Positions 1 to 8,968 of a DNA stretch of 56,885 nucleotides are shown here, in pieces (the first letter of the stretch is position 1; each line of letters opens with the position of its first letter). The notes below the pieces were generated by a model, which saw only the letters and a list, made by a program, of their open reading frames with translations, searched no databases and was not told the origin of the DNA. The position numbers and the translations under genes were made by a program. Source of the stretch: an uncultured Collinsella sp. (lineage in GTDB: Bacteria > Actinomycetota > Coriobacteriia > Coriobacteriales > Coriobacteriaceae); contig URNC01000001.1 of the NCBI GenBank assembly GCA_900549065.1, positions 1-56,885 of the forward strand, read 5' to 3'.

Positions 1-2
1 TA

Positions 3-36
3 GTCTCGTGGGCTCGGAGATGTGTATAAGAGACAG
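3..36 (+). other. Illumina Nextera/Tn5 adapter read-through (assembly artefact)
   Basis: Exact GTCTCGTGGGCTCGGAGATGTGTATAAGAGACAG, including the 19-bp mosaic end; it produces the spurious N-terminus MGSEMCIRDS. Confidence 0.98.
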
Positions 37-37
37 T

Positions 38-2476
38 GATAAGCAGCAGGTCATCGTTCGCGCCTTTACGAGCTTCTTCCACTTGGCAAACCTGTCGGAG
101 GAGAACTACCGTGTGGCGCAGCTGCGCGAGCGCGAGGCCGGCGCATCGACCGATACCGAGGTCGATCCCGCCAACGAACTCACCGTCGCCTATCACCAGT
201 TGGTAAACGAGATGGGCGTCGAGGGTGCCAATGAGCTGCTCGGCAAGCTCGAGTTCCACCCTGTCTTTACCGCACATCCCACCGAGGCCCGTCGTAAGGC
301 CGTCGAGGGCAAGATTCGCCGTATCTCCAACCTGCTGGAGGAGCGTCCGCGTTTGGGCGGCTCCGACCTGGTGGAGAACGAGCGCCATATGCTGCAGGAG
401 ATCGACGCCTTGGTGCGTACGAGCCCCATCGCGCTCAAGAAGCCCACGCCGGTCGAGGAAGCCGATACCATCATCGACATCTTCGATAACACGCTGTTCG
501 ACGTTATCCCCGTCATCTACCGTCGTTTTGACGACTGGGTGCTGGGCGACAAGGCCGGTACCGTGCCGCCGCTGTGCCCGGCGTTCTTCCATCCCGGCAG
601 CTGGATCGGCTCCGACCGCGACGGTAACCCCAACGTCACCGCCAAGGTGAGCCGCGAAGTCGCCGCCAAGTACTTCACTCACATGGTGCTCAAGCTCGAG
701 GACAAGTGCCGCCGCATCGGCCGCAACCTCACGCTCGAGGCCACCTACAGCAAGCCGTCTGCCGAGCTCATTAACCTGTGGAACCATCAGGTCGAGATGA
801 GCCCTCGTTACACGGCCCGCGCCGAGCTGATCTCCGAGCACGAGCCGCATCGCGCCGTCATGCTCGTCATGGCCGACCGCCTGAACGCCACCGTCCGTCG
901 TATCACCGACACCATGTACCACAGCGCCGATGAGTTCCTGGAGGACCTGCGCGTCGTCCAGCGTTCGCTGGCCGCCTGCGGTGCCGTCCGTGCTGCCTAC
1001 GGCCCGGTCCAAACCATCATCTGGCAGGTCGAGTCCTTCGGCTTCCATATGGTCGAGATGGAGTTCCGTCAGCACTCCGTGGTGCATGCCCGCGCCCTTA
1101 AGGATATCCACGAGAACGGTATCCATGGCGACCTGCAGCCCATGACGCGCGAGGTCATCGATACCTTCCGCGCTATCGGCTCCATCCAAAAGCGCTACGG
1201 CAAGAAGATGGCGCACCGCTACATCATCTCGTTTACCAAGAGCGCTCAGCATGTGGCCGACGTCTTTGAGCTGGCGCACCTGTCCTTTGCACACGAGGAG
1301 GATGTCCCCGAGCTCGACGTGATCCCGTTGTTCGAGCAGCTCGAGGACCTCGAGGGCTGCGTCGACGTGCTCGATCAGATGCTTACGCTGCCCGTGGTGC
1401 AAAAGCGCCTTGCCCAGACCAACCGCCGCATGGAGGTCATGCTGGGCTATTCCGACTCTTCCAAGGATGCCGGTCCTACCACGGCCATGCTCGCGCTGCA
1501 CTCCGCGCAGGAGCGCATCGCCAAGTGGGCAGAGAAGAACGATATCGACCTGGTGCTCATGCACGGTCGCGGCGGTGCCGTGGGCCGTGGCGGCGGCCCG
1601 GCCAACAAGGCCGTGCTGGCGCAGCCCAAGGGTTCGGTCAACTGCTTCTTTAAGCTTACCGAGCAGGGCGAAGTCATCTTTGCCCGTTACGGCAACCGCA
1701 CGCTGGCTCAGCGCCATGTTGAGTCCGTTGCCGCCGCAACGCTTTTGCAGTCGGCCCCGAGTGTCGAGAAGACCAACACCGAGACCACGCAGAAGTTCTG
1801 GGATATGGCCGAGAAGCTCAACACTGCAAGCCACGAGCGCTATCTGGACCTGCTGAACACCGAGGACTTTACACCGTGGTTCTCGACCGTTACGCCGCTG
1901 ACCGAGGTCGGTCTGCTGCCGATCGGCTCGCGTCCCGCCAAGCGCGGCCTGGGTGCCAAGTCGCTCGACGACCTGCGTACCATTCCGTGGATCTTCAGCT
2001 GGAGCCAGGCACGCATTAACCTGGCCGCTTGGTACGGCCTGGGCACCGCCTGCGAGCAGTTTGGCGATCTGGACCAGCTTAAGGCTGCCTACCAGGAGTG
2101 GCCGTTCTTCCGCACCTTTATCGACAACATCGAGATGTCGATCGCCAAGACTGACCAGCGCATCGCCAAGATGTATCTGCACCTGGGCGATCGCCAGGAT
2201 CTATCCGAGAAGGTCTTCACCGAGATGCAGCTCACTCGTAAGTGGGTCCTTGCCATCGTCGGTGACGAGTGGCCGCTGCAGCGCCGCCGTGTGCTTGGCT
2301 GTGCCGTTCGCGTGCGCAACCCCTACGTCGACGCCCTGTCCATCGCCCAGGTCCGCGCCCTTCGCGAGGTGCGTATGAACCAGGACGAGATGGCCGAGGA
2401 GAAGAAGGCCGAGTACATGAGCCTGATTCTTTCGACTGTGACCGGCGTCTCGGCAGGATTGCAGAACACGGGGTAA
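38..2476 (+). CDS. ppc: Phosphoenolpyruvate carboxylase, 5'-truncated at the contig edge
   Basis: PEPC motifs VFTAHPTE, GSWIGSDRDGNP, VMLGYSDSSKDAG, HGRGGAVGRGGGP, LRTIPWIFSWSQ and C-terminal GLQNTG. Confidence 0.97.
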   Translation, partial: DKQQVIVRAFTSFFHLANLSEENYRVAQLREREAGASTDTEVDPANELTVAYHQLVNEMGVEGANELLGKLEFHPVFTAHPTEARRKAVEGKIRRISNLLEERPRLGGSDLVENERHMLQEIDALVRTSPIALKKPTPVEEADTIIDIFDNTLFDVIPVIYRRFDDWVLGDKAGTVPPLCPAFFHPGSWIGSDRDGNPNVTAKVSREVAAKYFTHMVLKLEDKCRRIGRNLTLEATYSKPSAELINLWNHQVEMSPRYTARAELISEHEPHRAVMLVMADRLNATVRRITDTMYHSADEFLEDLRVVQRSLAACGAVRAAYGPVQTIIWQVESFGFHMVEMEFRQHSVVHARALKDIHENGIHGDLQPMTREVIDTFRAIGSIQKRYGKKMAHRYIISFTKSAQHVADVFELAHLSFAHEEDVPELDVIPLFEQLEDLEGCVDVLDQMLTLPVVQKRLAQTNRRMEVMLGYSDSSKDAGPTTAMLALHSAQERIAKWAEKNDIDLVLMHGRGGAVGRGGGPANKAVLAQPKGSVNCFFKLTEQGEVIFARYGNRTLAQRHVESVAAATLLQSAPSVEKTNTETTQKFWDMAEKLNTASHERYLDLLNTEDFTPWFSTVTPLTEVGLLPIGSRPAKRGLGAKSLDDLRTIPWIFSWSQARINLAAWYGLGTACEQFGDLDQLKAAYQEWPFFRTFIDNIEMSIAKTDQRIAKMYLHLGDRQDLSEKVFTEMQLTRKWVLAIVGDEWPLQRRRVLGCAVRVRNPYVDALSIAQVRALREVRMNQDEMAEEKKAEYMSLILSTVTGVSAGLQNTG

Positions 2477-2503
2477 TCGATAGCCCTGTGGCTCTCACCG
2501 GGA

Positions 2504-2622
2504 CCCGATGGGTTTCCCTCTGAATGCGTCCTCGCACTTGAAGCCCCCTTATCCTGCTCCTTCGGAGCTGTGGATAAGGGGGCTTCGTGCTGCGGAATGC
2601 ATTCAGAGGGAAACCCATCGGG
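2504..2622. repeat. Long hairpin element, copy 1 (GTCCTC/TGCGGAAT internal-loop family)
   Basis: Perfect 24-bp outer arms at 2504-2527 and 2599-2622, inner stems and a C-TTC-G apex; same architecture as 5438-5562. Confidence 0.85.
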
Positions 2623-2805
2623 CCCCTTCGTCCTCGGTCTTCAGGGATTGGGGCTGAAGGGGATAATGGCGCGCTTCGCGCTTAATGTGGAGTGCGGCGA
2701 GGGCTTCTTGCGTCCTGCGGAGTGTGCCTAAAAGTAAACTAATGGCGGGCCCTGCGATGTCCGGTCTTCGGCGGATCAGCCGCTGGGTGAGGGTGGTGCT
2801 TGGGG

Positions 2806-3043
2806 CGACGTGCAAAAAACGGAGTTTTCAGCAGCCAAAGATTGATGCATAAGGCTGTGGGTGACGTTCGCGGCTCCTGTTGATGCTTTTGCATGACGAA
2901 TGGGCTTTGGCGATGTTCATATATAGCTGGTTTCTCGCCGCATGCTATCTAGATGGGGCGAGTCATGAGGACTATCTACCTTTTGAAAGACTTTTGACAC
3001 CAAAATCTTATCCCGCGATGCTGAATACTCGCAAAAATGCACG
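2806..3043. repeat. Degenerate MITE-like element related to 22917-23115
   Basis: Left end CGACGTGCAAAAAACGGAGTTTTCAGCA and right end TGCTGAATACTCGCAAAAATGCACG resemble the terminal repeats at 22917 and 23115. Confidence 0.6.
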
Positions 3044-3357
3044 CTCCGGAGGGTACTACCCTGTTACGGCTAGAAATCCATGCGCCATTTTATGCAATTA
3101 ATTAACGCATTTATGCAAAATGGCTTACGTGCGTACGTCTCGGGGTAGATGTTTGCCTCGGCGCTGCGTAAGTCATTCTGTCTATAGTGTCTTTGACAGG
3201 CGGCCGCGGTCCCCTTTGGGATCGTGGCCGTTTTGTTGTGGGTCAAATATGAACGTTGTGTTAATGAGTCGGTGGACGGTGGTGTTTTTCGGTGAGCGGC
3301 GTATCCTTCCAACGGTTTATCTAGTGTGTCAGTTGAAAAGGAAGAGGGCGCTCGTCA

Positions 3358-4635
3358 TTGTTTGAATGTGAACTGCCGTTTGACCACAAGACGTTGCATC
3401 TGGAGCTCGAGGATAAGAACTTCGCGGGTGTGATGGAAGGTCATCAAAACGAGTTTAAGACCACGAAATCGCAGGAAGAGCTGGTAGAGGAGTCGCTTGC
3501 CAACCCTTATGGCTCGCCGTCGCTCGAGGAGCTTTGTGCTGGCAAGAAGGATATTGTCATTATTAGCTCCGACCATACGCGTCCCGTTCCCTCGCGTGTG
3601 ACGATGCCTATTCTGCTGCATCACATCCATTCCGCTGCGCCCGAGGCTCGCGTGCGCATTTTGGTTGCTACGGGTATGCATCGTCCGTCGACGCACGAGG
3701 AGCTCGTCAACAAGTACGGCGAGGAGATCGTTGCCAACGAGGAAATCGTTATGCACGTCGCGACTGACGATAGCATGATGAAAAAGATTGGCACCCTGCC
3801 TTCTGGTGGCGAGTGCATCATCAACAAGATTGCTGCCGATTGCGATCTGCTGCTTGCCGAGGGCTTTATTGAGCCGCACTTCTTTGCCGGTTTCTCTGGT
3901 AGCCGTAAGTCCGTCCTGCCTGGCATCGCCAGCTACAAGACCATCATGTACAACCACAACGGTCAGTTTGTGAATGATTCCCACTCGCGTGCCGGCAACC
4001 TGTGCCACAACCACGTGAGCGAGGACATGTTTGCCGCTGCCGAGATGGCTCACCTTGCCTTTGTGCTTAACGTGGTGCTCAACGGCAAGCACGAGGTCAT
4101 CGGCTCCTTTGCCGGCGATATCCACAAGGCGCACGAGGCTGGCTGCGAGTTCGTGAAGAGCCTTGCCGGCGTTGAGCCCGTCGAGTGCGAGATTGCCATC
4201 ACCACCAACGGCGGCTACCCGCTCGACCAGAACATCTACCAGGCCGTGAAGGGCATGTGCTCTGCCGAGGCCACGCTTCCCGAGGGCGGCGTGATCATCG
4301 ACGTCGCCGGCTGTGCCGACGGTCACGGTGGCGAGGGCTTCTATCACAACATCGCCGACAATGATCCGGCAGAGTTTGAGCGCGCCTGCATCGACCGTCC
4401 TAAGGACGAGACCCTGCCCGACCAGTGGACGAGCCAGATCTTTGCCCGCATCCTGGCGCATCACCCTGTGATCATGGTTACCGACCTGTGCGATCACCAG
4501 ATGATCAAGGATATGCACATGACGCCGGTTAACACCCTCGATGAGGCGCTCAAGCTCGCCTTTGAGATGAAGGGTGCCGATGCCAAGGTGGCCGTCATTC
4601 CCGATGGCCTGGGCGTTGTCGTCGCACAGCACTAG
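3358..4635 (+). CDS. larA: Nickel-pincer-dependent lactate racemase family protein
   Basis: SDHTRPVPS, ATGMHR, EPHFFAGFSGSRKS, NGGYPLDQNIYQAVKG and DQW motifs; TTG start after a purine-rich RBS; larB and larC nearby. Confidence 0.92.
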   Translation: MFECELPFDHKTLHLELEDKNFAGVMEGHQNEFKTTKSQEELVEESLANPYGSPSLEELCAGKKDIVIISSDHTRPVPSRVTMPILLHHIHSAAPEARVRILVATGMHRPSTHEELVNKYGEEIVANEEIVMHVATDDSMMKKIGTLPSGGECIINKIAADCDLLLAEGFIEPHFFAGFSGSRKSVLPGIASYKTIMYNHNGQFVNDSHSRAGNLCHNHVSEDMFAAAEMAHLAFVLNVVLNGKHEVIGSFAGDIHKAHEAGCEFVKSLAGVEPVECEIAITTNGGYPLDQNIYQAVKGMCSAEATLPEGGVIIDVAGCADGHGGEGFYHNIADNDPAEFERACIDRPKDETLPDQWTSQIFARILAHHPVIMVTDLCDHQMIKDMHMTPVNTLDEALKLAFEMKGADAKVAVIPDGLGVVVAQH

Positions 4636-4684
4636 TACGCGGCCTAAACGAATCGTTTATAACCGACAAGAAAGATAAGGTTTT

Positions 4685-5416
4685 ATGCTTACCAAACTCC
4701 TCTGCGAATTCGGCGCAACGGCCCTCATGATCATCTTTGGCGTGGGCGTGCACTGCGATACCGTGCTTAAGGGCACCAAGTATCAGGGCTCCGGCCACAT
4801 GTTTGCCATCACCACCTGGTCTTTTGGCATCTCGGTCGCCTTGTTTATCTTTGGCGGCGCCGTGTGCATGAACCCCGCCATGGTGCTTGCCCAGTGCATC
4901 GTAGGCCTGGTGCCGTGGAGCAGCTGCATCCCCTTCATGATTGCCGATATGCTCGGCGGCTTTGTGGGCGCCGTAATCGCTTGGCTTATGTATGCCGATG
5001 AGTTCAAGGCTTCCGAGGGCGTCGTCGACCCTATTGCCCAGCGCAACATCTTCTCGACTAACCCCACCACCGAGGGCACGAACTATGCTCGCAACTTCTT
5101 CTGCGAGGCTATCTGCACCTTCGTGTTCATCAGTGCCATCCTTGCTGCTGCTAACCGTGCTGGCGAGAACGTTCTGATGCTCGCCATCTGCGTCGGTCTG
5201 ATCGTTTGGGCCGTTGGCATGGGCATGGGCGGCATCACCGGCTTCGCCATGAACCAGGCTCGTGACCTTGGTCCTCGCATGGCCTATCAGGTGCTGCCGA
5301 TCAAGAACAAGGCCGACAACAACTGGAAGTACGGCCTGCTTGTTCCTGGCATCGCGCCGTTTGTCGGTGCCGCTCTGGCCGCGCTGTTTGTGCATGGTTT
5401 CTTGGGCATGTTCTAG
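4685..5416 (+). CDS. larD: MIP-family aquaglyceroporin, probable lactic acid channel (LarD-like)
   Basis: NPA and NQARD loops, hydrophobic helices, located directly downstream of larA. Confidence 0.8.
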   Translation: MLTKLLCEFGATALMIIFGVGVHCDTVLKGTKYQGSGHMFAITTWSFGISVALFIFGGAVCMNPAMVLAQCIVGLVPWSSCIPFMIADMLGGFVGAVIAWLMYADEFKASEGVVDPIAQRNIFSTNPTTEGTNYARNFFCEAICTFVFISAILAAANRAGENVLMLAICVGLIVWAVGMGMGGITGFAMNQARDLGPRMAYQVLPIKNKADNNWKYGLLVPGIAPFVGAALAALFVHGFLGMF

Positions 5417-5437
5417 TCTGAGGCTACATAGTTGTCC

Positions 5438-5562
5438 GCTGGCCGCATGGGGTAACTTCCCAGCGCGTCCTCGGACATGCAAAAAGGCTCGCTGCGCACT
5501 TCGTGCGGCGAGCCTTTTTGCGTCCTGCGGAATGCGCTGGGAAGTTACCCCATGCGGCCAGC
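5438..5562. repeat. Long hairpin element, copy 2
   Basis: Perfect 29-bp outer arms at 5438-5466 and 5534-5562; internal loop GTCCTC/TGCGGAAT; apex C-TTC-G. Confidence 0.85.
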
Positions 5563-5724
5563 TGCGGGGTCTTTGCTGCGCTCGAGCAAGCAGCCCAACA
5601 TATAAATCTGAATTTGGATTTGGATGGGAGGGGCTTGTTGCTGTTGAGGGCGGTGAAGCGCGAGTGACACTTTGGGATGCGTGGCGCCCTGGGTTGGGGC
5701 GATGCTTTGGGATGATGTTCTTAC

Positions 5725-6264
5725 TTAGTTGAAGAGGGGTTTTATGGCTGATAGGTAGTCTTTGGCTACGTCGGCTTTGTCTGCTTGGAAGTTGTGCCAG
5801 GCCCACCATTGGACGGTGGCTACGAAGCTTGAGGCTATGTGGTGTAGTAAGAAGCTTCGGTCCATGGTGGCGGCGGGGCCGTTTGGGTCGGTAGGGACGG
5901 TTTCGGCTGCGCGCGTCATGATGGTCTTGCGGAGACAGTCGGCGAAGACGCGGGAGCCGGCGCCGGCTACGAGGGCTCGAACGCCCTGACGGCGTTCCCA
6001 GAGGTTGTTGAGGATATGCTCGACCTGTACGAGTGGGTCATCGAGGGGCGTACCGTCATCGTCAAGGACGTGGGTGCAGATATCGCTCACGAGCGCGGCG
6101 AGTAGGTCGTCTTTGCTCTTAAAGAGGCCATAGAATGTCGCGCGGCCTACGTGAGCGCGCGCGATGATGTCGCCGACGGTGATCTTGCTGTAGTCCTCCT
6201 CGCACAGGAGCTCGGAGAATGCTGCGACGATGGCGGCACGGCTTTTTTCTTTGCGGGCATCCAT
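5725..6264 (-). CDS. TetR/AcrR family transcriptional regulator
   Basis: N-terminal HTH ITVGDIIARAHVGRATFYGLFKSKDDLL; starts 2 nt after the larC stop. Confidence 0.92.
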   Translation of the reverse strand: MDARKEKSRAAIVAAFSELLCEEDYSKITVGDIIARAHVGRATFYGLFKSKDDLLAALVSDICTHVLDDDGTPLDDPLVQVEHILNNLWERRQGVRALVAGAGSRVFADCLRKTIMTRAAETVPTDPNGPAATMDRSFLLHHIASSFVATVQWWAWHNFQADKADVAKDYLSAIKPLFN

Positions 6265-6266
6265 GG

Positions 6267-7169
6267 CTATACGTCCGCGTGAACGAGCAGGCAGCGGAGC
6301 GTGCCGGAGCAGCCCTCGTAGGGGCGCTTACCGGCGCCGTAGCCGACGGCTTCGATGCGGTAGCGGGCCGGCAGGTGCTCGGACGTGCGCAGTGCGGCGA
6401 CGATGGCGGCACCCGTGGGCGTCACGAGCTCGCCGGCGACCGGTGCGGGCGTGAGGGCGATATTGCCTGCTTGGCATAGGTTGACGACGGCGGGCACCGG
6501 GATGGGCATAAGGCCGTGGGTACAGTGGATGGTGCCGTGACCCTCGGAGAGCGACTCGACGACAATATCCTCGATGCCCAGGTCATCGAGGCAGATGGCG
6601 ACAGAGCAGACGTCGACGATGGAGTCGACGGCGCCCACCTCGTGGAACATGACGGTTTCGGGCGTTTTGCCGTGTGCCTTGGCCTCGGCGGCGGCGAGCG
6701 CGGTAAAGATGGCGAGCGCACGACGCTTGGCGCCATCGCTTAGCTGCGAGCCGTCGATGATGGCGGTGACGTCTTCCAAAGAACGGTGGTGATGGTGGTG
6801 GGCGTGATGGTGACCCTCGTGGTCGTGGTCATGCGCGTGCTCATGACAGTGCTCGTGCTCGCCATGGCCATGATGGTGGTGCTCATGCTCGTGCGTGTGC
6901 TCGGCAGCTGCTTCATTGCCGTAGAGCCAGGACATATCGTGATCGTGGTTCTCGAGCTCCTCTGCTAGCTGAACGTCAAAGTCGCAGGCGTCGATGCCAT
7001 GCTTGTTTGCACGCGTGACGGCAATCGTAAAGCCGTCGACCGGCAGCGTGGCGAGCTGTTCGCGCAGGTGCTCCTCGCTGGCGCCCAGGTCGAGCAGGGC
7101 CGCGACGGTCATATCGCCGCTGATGCCCGAGGTACCGTCGATGATAAGCGTGTGCTGATGATTGGACAT
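6267..7169 (-). CDS. larC: LarC-family nickel insertase, N-terminal (LarC1-type) portion with His-rich segment
   Basis: SGISGDMTVAALLDLG, a long His-rich tract, FHEVGAVDSIVD, GELVTPTGAAI and GYGAG motifs; 300 aa. Confidence 0.9.
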   Translation of the reverse strand: MSNHQHTLIIDGTSGISGDMTVAALLDLGASEEHLREQLATLPVDGFTIAVTRANKHGIDACDFDVQLAEELENHDHDMSWLYGNEAAAEHTHEHEHHHHGHGEHEHCHEHAHDHDHEGHHHAHHHHHRSLEDVTAIIDGSQLSDGAKRRALAIFTALAAAEAKAHGKTPETVMFHEVGAVDSIVDVCSVAICLDDLGIEDIVVESLSEGHGTIHCTHGLMPIPVPAVVNLCQAGNIALTPAPVAGELVTPTGAAIVAALRTSEHLPARYRIEAVGYGAGKRPYEGCSGTLRCLLVHADV

Positions 7170-7179
7170 GGAATGCTCC

Positions 7180-7962
7180 TTAGCGGGCGCGGGGTGTGCC
7201 GGCGCTCAGATGATTGATAAGACTTGCCTGGTAGGCGGCGCCAAAGCCGTTGTCGATATTGACGACCGATACGCCGCTGGCACAGGAGTTGAGCATGGCG
7301 AGCAGCGCGGCTACGCCACCAAAACTCGCGCCATAGCCCACGCTGGTGGGAACGGCGATGACCGGACAGCTCACCAGACCGCCGATAACGCTCGCCAACG
7401 CGCCCTCCATGCCGGCGATGGCGATGACCACCTGTGCCTGGGCAAGTTCCTCGGCATGCGCGAGCAGGCGGTGCAGGCCGGCGACGCCTACGTCGTAGAG
7501 GCGGTCGACCTCGTTGCCATAGAACTCGGCCGTCAACGCGGCTTCCTCGGCGACGGGCAGGTCGCTCGTGCCGGCGCAAGCGACGACGATGCGTCCGTTG
7601 CCGGTGGGGGAGGGCTTGCCACCCACCAGGGCGAGCTGGGCGTCCGGGACATATCCCAGGTCGATGCCGTTGCCGAGGAGCTCCGAGGTGCGGGCTGCTT
7701 TTTCGCTGTCCAGGCGCGTGACCAGGATGCGCTCCTGGCCGGCATCGCGCAACGCTTCAATAATGGCGGCAATTTGCTCGGCGGTTTTACCGGCGCCGTA
7801 GACAACCTCGCCGGCTCCCTGGCGCACTCCGCGCGAAAGATCGAGCTGTGCAAAACCCAGATCGGCGGTTGGCGCCGTTTGGATGCGCGCGAGGGCGACT
7901 GCCGGGGTGACTGCTCCGCCGGCAACATCGCTCAGCAATTGCTCAAGATCTTGCTTATCCAT
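7180..7962 (-). CDS. larB: Nickel pincer cofactor biosynthesis carboxylase/hydrolase LarB
   Basis: AGTSDLPVAEEA, DVGVAGLHRL, AGMEGAL, VPTSVGYG and VVNIDNGFGAA motifs; ATG at 7962 with GAAGGG RBS. Confidence 0.95.
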   Translation of the reverse strand: MDKQDLEQLLSDVAGGAVTPAVALARIQTAPTADLGFAQLDLSRGVRQGAGEVVYGAGKTAEQIAAIIEALRDAGQERILVTRLDSEKAARTSELLGNGIDLGYVPDAQLALVGGKPSPTGNGRIVVACAGTSDLPVAEEAALTAEFYGNEVDRLYDVGVAGLHRLLAHAEELAQAQVVIAIAGMEGALASVIGGLVSCPVIAVPTSVGYGASFGGVAALLAMLNSCASGVSVVNIDNGFGAAYQASLINHLSAGTPRAR

Positions 7963-8006
7963 ATATGTTCCCTTCGACGGCGCAAAGTCTAGCACTCAAA
8001 GGGTAT

Positions 8007-8040
8007 GTTTCCGAACACTAAGACAAAATTGTTCGGAAAC
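8007..8040. promoter_or_regulatory. Inverted repeat upstream of larB (candidate TetR operator or serB terminator)
   Basis: GTTTCCGAACA-N12-TGTTCGGAAAC. Confidence 0.5.
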
Positions 8041-8076
8041 TATAGGACAGACTGATTCAATTGTTAGACGGATCGG

Positions 8077-8712
8077 CTAGTCACGCAGGATGATGTCCAT
8101 GGCGAGCATCAGGTTGCGCTCGTCGATGGCAAACGGGGCTGCTTCGCGCGTCTTGGGCTTGGCGCAAAACGCGATGCCCGTGCCCGCAGCCTGAATCATG
8201 GGGATGTCGTTGGCGCCGTCGCCGATTGCCACGGTATGGGCCATGTCGACACCGCACTCAACTGCCCAGTCCAGCAGCTGGATGAGCTTGGACTCCTTGG
8301 TCACAATGTTGGCAGCCAACTTACCGGTGAGCTTGCCGTCCATGACTTCCAGGCGGTTGGCCAGGCAAAAATCGATGCCCGCGGCGGTTACGATCTTGTC
8401 AGCGACCTCGTGGAAGCCACCGCTTACCACGCCGACCTTCCAGCCCTTGCTGTGTGCCGAGCGCACAAGCTCTAACGCGCCGGGGGTAAACGTCACGCGC
8501 TCAAAGGTGCGCTCGAACACACTCTCGTCCAAGCCGGCAAGCAGCCCCACGCGTTCCTCGAGCGCCTGCTTAAAGTCGAGCTCGCCGCGCATGGCGCGCT
8601 CGGTGATCTTCGCCACTTGCTCGCCTACGCCGGCCTCCTCGCCCAACAGGTCGATGACCTCCTGGTTGATGAGCGTGGAGTCGATATCCATAACGATGAG
8701 GCGTGCAGTCAT
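8077..8712 (-). CDS. serB: Phosphoserine phosphatase (HAD family)
   Basis: MDIDSTLINQEVID, ITERAMRGELDF, VVSGGF and GDGANDIPM motifs; start at MTARL after GAAAGG. Confidence 0.93.
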   Translation of the reverse strand: MTARLIVMDIDSTLINQEVIDLLGEEAGVGEQVAKITERAMRGELDFKQALEERVGLLAGLDESVFERTFERVTFTPGALELVRSAHSKGWKVGVVSGGFHEVADKIVTAAGIDFCLANRLEVMDGKLTGKLAANIVTKESKLIQLLDWAVECGVDMAHTVAIGDGANDIPMIQAAGTGIAFCAKPKTREAAPFAIDERNLMLAMDIILRD

Positions 8713-8968
8713 GGTGGGCCTTTCCGAGTGCAGTTGTATTGGGGCACATTGTCGCACGCGGCGCGCCTGGGCGACGGCCGCGGTGCGTCAATTGTTTCGT
8801 CTCCGTCAAGTCTTTGGGCAAGAGTTACTTTTTCGCGGTACATCGACGTGGGTGCGATAAGATAGAACGCCATGTCCGGCTGCGCGGTTTACGCAGGCTG
8901 GGCAAATCTGTACGACGCCGCCCGGAACGACACGGGGCGGCACAGATCCATAAAGGAGGATCACTGGT

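Noticed and set aside
8..37. N-terminal peptide MGSEMCIRDS, or a Tn5-like transposon end
   Set aside because: It is the Nextera library adapter, not biology
6230..6300. Programmed frameshift joining larC1 to larC2
   Set aside because: The downstream frame is a clear TetR; no LarC2-like sequence or obvious slippery site was seen
6786..6950. His-rich low-complexity tract as a novel repeat
   Set aside because: Known nickel-binding feature of LarC proteins
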